A stretch of 64,000 bases of DNA. It comes from an archaeon. GTDB lineage: Archaea; EX4484-52; WAPT01. The stretch spans positions 64,001 through 128,000 of the forward strand of contig JAPDKB010000007.1 of assembly GCA_029258795.1 (NCBI GenBank), written 5' to 3'. This document shows, piece after piece, positions 58,906-64,000 of the stretch. A program made the position numbers and the translations under genes. The stretch's first letter is position 1. Each line of letters begins with the position of its first letter. The notes beneath the pieces are model-generated. The model saw nothing but the letters and a program-made list of their open reading frames with translations. It did not search any database and had not been told where the DNA came from.

Positions 58906-58940
58906 GGGAATGTCAACTTAACTCGCCCCTCGCCCACGAC
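58906..58940. mobile_element. Isolated IS6-type end
   Basis: GGGAATGTCAACTTAACTCGCCCCTCGCCCAC is similar to GGACATATCAACTTAACTCCCCCTTAGCCCAC at 57024, in the same orientation. Confidence 0.65.
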
Positions 58941-58987
58941 TTCTTCGGAAACCTTTGGTTTTCTCGACCCTTACATTCGTTCTGGGA

Positions 58988-59078
58988 GTTTAACAGGCAT
59001 TAAACGGCTCGGCTCTTGCAGAGCCTCGACCCAAACTTTGCCTATCGGCAAAGCTTCGTTTAATGTCAAATGTTAACA
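58988..59078 (+). other. attC-like recombination site (solitary)
   Basis: GTTTAAC...GTTAACA ends, inner GGCATTAAACG/CGTTTAATGTC arms, branched hairpins GGCTCT/AGAGCC and CTTTGCC/GGCAAAG; 91 bp. Confidence 0.55.
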
Positions 59079-59129
59079 GAACCCACGCTTCCGAGCCCTT
59101 TTTAAAGCTATCCCGCATAATACAAATCC

Positions 59130-60899
59130 ATGCCCATAAGACAGCCAATAATCAGCGTGCTTGCTCACGTTGATCACGGAAAGACGACGCTGCTGGATTA
59201 CATCAGAGGTACTGCCGTAACTGCAAAGGAAGCCGGAGGTATAACCCAGCACATAGGAGCGAGCGAGGTGCCGGCCGAGATCATAAAGCAGAAGTGCATG
59301 CCATTCCTCAAGAAGTGGAACATCGAGATAAGGATTCCCGGCCTGCTCTTCATAGACACTCCGGGACATGAGGCCTTTACGCTTCTGAGGAAGAGAGGAG
59401 GTGCTTTAGCAGATATAGCGATTTTGCTTGTGGATGTGACTGAAGGTGTCAAGCCACAAACCGTCGAGTCCATCCAGATTCTGAAGCAGTATAAGACACC
59501 GTTTGTTGTGGCGGCCAACAAGATAGACAAGATTCCGGGATGGGTGGTGCACAGGGATGCCTGCTTTCTGGATTCTTTGGCGCATCAGCCGGAAAGGGTT
59601 AAGGCCATGCTTGAAACCAAGATTTACGAGCTGATCGGGCAGTTAGCTGAACACGGAGTTTATGCGGAGCGCTTTGATAGAATAGACGATTTCACAAAAA
59701 CGGTGGCTCTCATTCCCATCTCGGCAAAAACGGGCGAGGGCATTCCGGAACTCCTCGCGATAATAACGGGCTTGGTGCAGAAATATCTGGAGAAAAAGCT
59801 GGAAATAGATCCGGAGGGTACGGGCAAGGGCGTCATACTCGAGATAAAGGAGGTTACCGGCCTCGGGAAGGTGGCAGATGTCATTCTTTACGATGGAATG
59901 ATAAGGAAGGATGACATCCTTGTGATAGGTGGGCTGGAGGGCACGATAGTAACAAGGGTTAAGGGTCTTTTCAAGCCAGCTCCGCTGAAGGAGATGAGAG
60001 TTGAAAAAAGATTTGTCCAGATCAAAGAAGCTTCTGCCGCCTGTGGAGTTAGAGTTGTCGCTCCTGAAATAGAAAAAGCTGTGGCTGGCGCGCCCATTTT
60101 TGCTGTGAGAAGGGAGGAAGAAGTTGAGAGAGCGAAGCAGGAAGTCAGAATGGAGATAGAGAGCCTGGATATCAAGGAAGAGGGAGAGGGTGTGGTGATA
60201 AAAGCCGACACGCTGGGTAGCTTGGAGGCGCTGGCAAAAATGTTGAAGGAAAAGGACGTTCCGATCAGGAAGTTTGGAATAGGGACGGTTAGCAAGAAGG
60301 ACCTCGTGTGGCTGGAGGAGATGAAGGAAGAGTACAGGGTTGTTTTCGCTTTCAACGTGAGGGTGAGTGAGGAAGCGGAAGAGTATGCGAAGCAGGCCAA
60401 GATAAAGGTGATAGAAGGACGTGTCATTTACAAGCTAATTGAGGCCTATGAATCATATCTGGAAGAGCTGAAGGAAAGGAAGAAAGCTGAGGTGCTTGCG
60501 CGCGTTAAAATGCCGGCCAAGATAAGATTCCTGCCGGACTTCGTTTTCAGGCAGAGCAAGCCAGCGATAATAGGTGTGGAGGTGCTTGCTGGTACGCTCC
60601 AGCAGAAGGTCGATCTGATGGATGAGGAAGGCAAGATCGTCGGAACTGTTCACGCGATCCAGAAGATGGGGGAGAATGTGGGTAAAGCGGACATCGGAGA
60701 GAGGGTGGCTATTTCCGTTGATGGTGGTGTGGTGGATAGGAATTTGAAGAGAGGAGCCATATATTATACTGCGCTCTCCAACGAGGATTACAGGCTGCTG
60801 AAGGAGAATGAGGAGCTGCTTGCCGACCATCACAGGGTAGCGCTGGAAGAGATCGCGGAGATAATGAGGAAGAAGGATAAGTTCTGGGATGTGTTTTGA
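59130..60899 (+). CDS. infB: Translation initiation factor aIF5B (IF-2)
   Basis: HVDHGKTT, GGITQHIGA, DTPGHEAF, NKID, KADTLGSLEAL. Confidence 0.97.
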   Translation: MPIRQPIISVLAHVDHGKTTLLDYIRGTAVTAKEAGGITQHIGASEVPAEIIKQKCMPFLKKWNIEIRIPGLLFIDTPGHEAFTLLRKRGGALADIAILLVDVTEGVKPQTVESIQILKQYKTPFVVAANKIDKIPGWVVHRDACFLDSLAHQPERVKAMLETKIYELIGQLAEHGVYAERFDRIDDFTKTVALIPISAKTGEGIPELLAIITGLVQKYLEKKLEIDPEGTGKGVILEIKEVTGLGKVADVILYDGMIRKDDILVIGGLEGTIVTRVKGLFKPAPLKEMRVEKRFVQIKEASAACGVRVVAPEIEKAVAGAPIFAVRREEEVERAKQEVRMEIESLDIKEEGEGVVIKADTLGSLEALAKMLKEKDVPIRKFGIGTVSKKDLVWLEEMKEEYRVVFAFNVRVSEEAEEYAKQAKIKVIEGRVIYKLIEAYESYLEELKERKKAEVLARVKMPAKIRFLPDFVFRQSKPAIIGVEVLAGTLQQKVDLMDEEGKIVGTVHAIQKMGENVGKADIGERVAISVDGGVVDRNLKRGAIYYTALSNEDYRLLKENEELLADHHRVALEEIAEIMRKKDKFWDVF

Positions 60900-60939
60900 G
60901 CTGAGCCATCAAAATAATGGAAAAGAAAGGAAAGGGTCT

Positions 60940-61758
60940 TTATTCTTCCACGAAGTACTTGAGCGCTTCAGCCACGCTGCTCACTTCCACCACCTGAATT
61001 CCAAGTTCTTCCTGCAGGTTCACCTTCTTCGGTATGAGCTCCGTCTCGCAGTAGGTAACGAAGCCAAACTTCTCGCAGTGTCTCTTCGGCTCGTACTGTA
61101 CCTGATAGCTCTGTCCGAGCGGCACGAGGAAAATCTTCATTCCGTGCTCCGCTGCCGCCTTGCCTTTCTCGAGCACTCCTCCAACCGGCCCTATGGTGCC
61201 GTCCGAGTTTATCGTGCCGGTGATTGTGACATCATTTCTCAGGGTTTTGTTCTCCAGCACCGCTATCGTGGCTATGGTTAAGGCTGCTCCTGCCGACGTG
61301 CCCTCAATCACCGTAGCATTAGCTTCTATTGTGTAAATGAGGTCAACGTTATCCAAGCTTGTGTTGAGGTAACGCTCCGCAACCCTTCTTGCCATCCTCA
61401 CGCTGTGCTGCGTGTCAGTCCAGAAAAGCAGGTTGTCGATGTTCACCAAGCTTCTTCCGCTTCCTGGACGTGCTTCCACAATCAGCTTTGCCAGCACTCC
61501 ATTTCCGTTGCTGTCCACAGCCGGGATGTAAAGTTCAACTCTTCTCGTTTCCTTGAGTGGCGCGACAGCACTCTTCTCTTGCTGCATCTCAGCGGGAGCG
61601 TGGTGTCCTATCGTCACAGTACCCGTCTGCCTGTTCACCGATATCTCTATGCTCGATGCCTTCAGCAGGTAGAAGAACATCACGCTCTGTGCCAGCACTG
61701 CCAGCACTACAATTACAAGCAAAACTTTGGTGAGAACATCGGAATTTTTCGCCTTCAT
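60940..61758 (-). CDS. Membrane-anchored Lon-like (S16) serine protease without ATPase domain
   Basis: N-terminal TM; EGTSAGAA (Ser) and GGVLEKGKAA (Lys) dyad; ITGTINSDGTIGPVGG. Confidence 0.88.
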   Translation of the reverse strand: MKAKNSDVLTKVLLVIVVLAVLAQSVMFFYLLKASSIEISVNRQTGTVTIGHHAPAEMQQEKSAVAPLKETRRVELYIPAVDSNGNGVLAKLIVEARPGSGRSLVNIDNLLFWTDTQHSVRMARRVAERYLNTSLDNVDLIYTIEANATVIEGTSAGAALTIATIAVLENKTLRNDVTITGTINSDGTIGPVGGVLEKGKAAAEHGMKIFLVPLGQSYQVQYEPKRHCEKFGFVTYCETELIPKKVNLQEELGIQVVEVSSVAEALKYFVEE

Positions 61759-61831
61759 GATTAACCTTTAATTCAGGAGTTAGATTTAAGTGGGTTGCGA
61801 TGTTGTCAAAATAGATAAATCCTCATGGTTA

Positions 61832-64000
61832 TTATCGACTGTGAACTCCAACAACCCTCCGAATCTCCTCGTAAAACTCCCGCAGCGCGTCCATGTAGTC
61901 CTTCCTTCCCATTTCTATTTCGTCCATCACGCTCTCCACTATCCTCGTTCTCTCCTCCGAGACAAAATCCCCGTAGTTCTCTCGCAAGAACCTCTCAACT
62001 ATCATGCCACGCTTGGTCGGGATCAGCCGGAAGTTCTTCTCGAAGATGTAATGCCTGATAAACAGCTTGTTGAGCAGGGTTGAGTAGGTGGACGGTCTGC
62101 CGATTCTTCTTTCCTTCATGAGGGAAATCACATCAGCCTGAGTGTAAAGCTCAGCCTTGTTCTTCCATACAAAGGTGAGTAGAGCTTTTTGCACCCCCAC
62201 TTCCATTTCCCTCTCCAGCTGCACCGCGTAAGGGTAAAGCTCGTAAGCCCTTCCGGAAGCGCTAACCACACGTTCCACCCCCTTCTCAAGCCCCAGTTCC
62301 TCAACCCTCACCCTGTACTTAACCTTCTCCACCTGATATCTGGCGCACTGGCTCGCCATAAACCTCCTGAAGATGAGGTCATAAACGCGCAAGTGCTTCT
62401 TGGTTATCGGCTCTGATGTCTGGATGACCCCCTGATAGATGAGGTCGCGGATGGTCCTCGCGTCAAACGGACGTGTGGGCCTGATACACTCGTGAGCTCC
62501 CTCTCCCTCCTTGCTCACATCCCATGTTCTTCCCGCAAAATCATCCTTCAGGTAGAGCTTTGCAACCTGCAGTCCCTTATCCGACACGCGGGTGCTGTCA
62601 GTCCTGTGGTAGGTTATGAGACCGTTCTCGAACAGCTGCTGAAGAATCTGCATTGCTTCTCTCGCTCCGATTTTCAGGAAGCGGTTGATGTCCTTGAGCA
62701 CGGCATCCGTGGAATAGGGCGGCAGAGGTGTTTTCTCCTCTTTGGCACGCGTGATTTCCTCAATCACGACTGTGCACGGCATTGACTTCCCTTCAAGTTT
62801 AAGCTTCACCTCTTCCTCCGTGCCCAGAGGTAGCCAGCCATCCTTCAGCTTCAGCAGGAAGTAACGCACCTTCTTCCTGTGCTCATGGTAACGCTCCACA
62901 ATCCAGCTGAGTACGGGCGTCTGTGCCCTTCCGGCTGAGAGGTTCCTGTCCTTGAAGTGCTTCTGCAGAATGGAAGAAAGCTCGAAACCTATCCACCTGT
63001 CCTCCACACGCCTGACTATCTGTGCCTTGACCCTGTTTTCATCAATGGCGCGAAGCTCCTCAAGTGCTTTCAGCACAGCGTTGCGTGTGACCTCATGGAA
63101 TTCGGCTCTTTTAACCTCAGCCCCGATACCTCCAAAATTCGCCACATCCCACGCTATCTTCTCTCCCTCGGTATCGGGGTCGGTGGCAACTATTATCATC
63201 CCTGCCATTTCCGCCATCTCTGCTATGTTCATTATTCTGGCTCTGGAATCGTCATCAGCTTCTCTCCCGCATCTCGGACATTTCTGGCCGGAGACCCACT
63301 GCACCATGTCCTGTCTGCACTTCTTTATCGAGCCGTAAACCGGGATGAAAGTGCCGTCCTTCACGATCACGCCATGATAATATTCATCCTCCACGAGATC
63401 AACCACATGGCCAAGAGAGGCTGTAATGATCAGCACGAAGTTGCCAGTGGTGACTTCATAAAACGGGTGGTTGTTCCTTATGATGGTTGCGGGCTTACCG
63501 AAGAATCTGGCTATCTGCTTTGCCTTGGTGGGGCTCTCCACAACGAAGACAGCAGGCCTTATGACATCAAAATCAACGCCTTCAGCATAACGCTTGTAGC
63601 GCTCCCTGCTCTCGTCCAGCTCCTTCTTTATTCTTTCAAATTCCAAGCTCTCGAGATTTTCAACGACCCGCAGCTCAACATCATAGTAAGAAGCTCTGGT
63701 GGTGAACGCACGAAGCATCTCCTCTCCATCGAAAATGATGCTCAAACCCTTCGTTATCCCTCCGGCAAACAGCCTTGATGTCCTTCCACTTGCCTGAATG
63801 TAGGTTGCGACATCCGGAATGATTATGTGATCCTCCTTCACCACCACGTCATCGGAGCATGCGGAGAAGTCCTTCCTTTCGAAGATGTCCTTCAGGATGG
63901 CTCTCGCCTCTTCCCGCTTGCTCTCATCCGCAAGGATGTATGGGATGAGCTGACCGAGCTGCTCGTTGTTCCTGAAGATGGCCGCAAGCATGAGAATCAT
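61832..64000 (-). CDS. rgy: Reverse gyrase, C-terminal part (5' end outside the window)
   Basis: TYIQASGRTSRL helicase end fused to topoisomerase IA: VVESPTKA, zinc finger, ATDPDTEGE, SAGRAQTP, ITYHRTDS, IGRPSTY. Confidence 0.96.
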   Translation of the reverse strand: MILMLAAIFRNNEQLGQLIPYILADESKREEARAILKDIFERKDFSACSDDVVVKEDHIIIPDVATYIQASGRTSRLFAGGITKGLSIIFDGEEMLRAFTTRASYYDVELRVVENLESLEFERIKKELDESRERYKRYAEGVDFDVIRPAVFVVESPTKAKQIARFFGKPATIIRNNHPFYEVTTGNFVLIITASLGHVVDLVEDEYYHGVIVKDGTFIPVYGSIKKCRQDMVQWVSGQKCPRCGREADDDSRARIMNIAEMAEMAGMIIVATDPDTEGEKIAWDVANFGGIGAEVKRAEFHEVTRNAVLKALEELRAIDENRVKAQIVRRVEDRWIGFELSSILQKHFKDRNLSAGRAQTPVLSWIVERYHEHRKKVRYFLLKLKDGWLPLGTEEEVKLKLEGKSMPCTVVIEEITRAKEEKTPLPPYSTDAVLKDINRFLKIGAREAMQILQQLFENGLITYHRTDSTRVSDKGLQVAKLYLKDDFAGRTWDVSKEGEGAHECIRPTRPFDARTIRDLIYQGVIQTSEPITKKHLRVYDLIFRRFMASQCARYQVEKVKYRVRVEELGLEKGVERVVSASGRAYELYPYAVQLEREMEVGVQKALLTFVWKNKAELYTQADVISLMKERRIGRPSTYSTLLNKLFIRHYIFEKNFRLIPTKRGMIVERFLRENYGDFVSEERTRIVESVMDEIEMGRKDYMDALREFYEEIRRVVGVHSR

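Overview
Archaeal chromosomal segment, probably from a (hyper)thermophile because it carries reverse gyrase. The gene repertoire and Cys-rich surface proteins suggest a DPANN-type lineage, which is an inference. Core genes include glmS, the proteasome/exosome superoperon (psmA-SBDS-rrp4-rrp41-rrp42-rpl37ae-rpoP-pcc1-pfdB-DHH), rnhB, pyrG, ino1, RPA small subunit, PCNA, rqcH, dut, smc/scpA/scpB, EF-2, Rpp21, aIF5B and rgy. Two tRNAs (Arg-TCG, Pro-CGG) carry BHB introns in the D- and T-loops. A ~13 kb defence island lies between smc and wHTH-scpA-scpB. It holds a type I R-M system with three HEPN-like genes and a membrane gene inserted between hsdM, hsdS and hsdR, plus a 64-nt GC-rich hairpin with its own antisense BRE/TATA promoter right behind an RnlA-like HEPN gene; this is my best candidate for an undescribed system. 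Other oddities: a 2056-aa surface protein with an internal anchor and a second signal peptide, an Smc with half-length arms, a full-length PEP synthase homologue lacking catalytic residues, an active/inactive metzincin pair, two fibre-like adhesins, IS6 remnants, a solitary attC-like site and an MNT gene broken by a 13-bp duplication. All calls come from manual motif reading; no searches were run.
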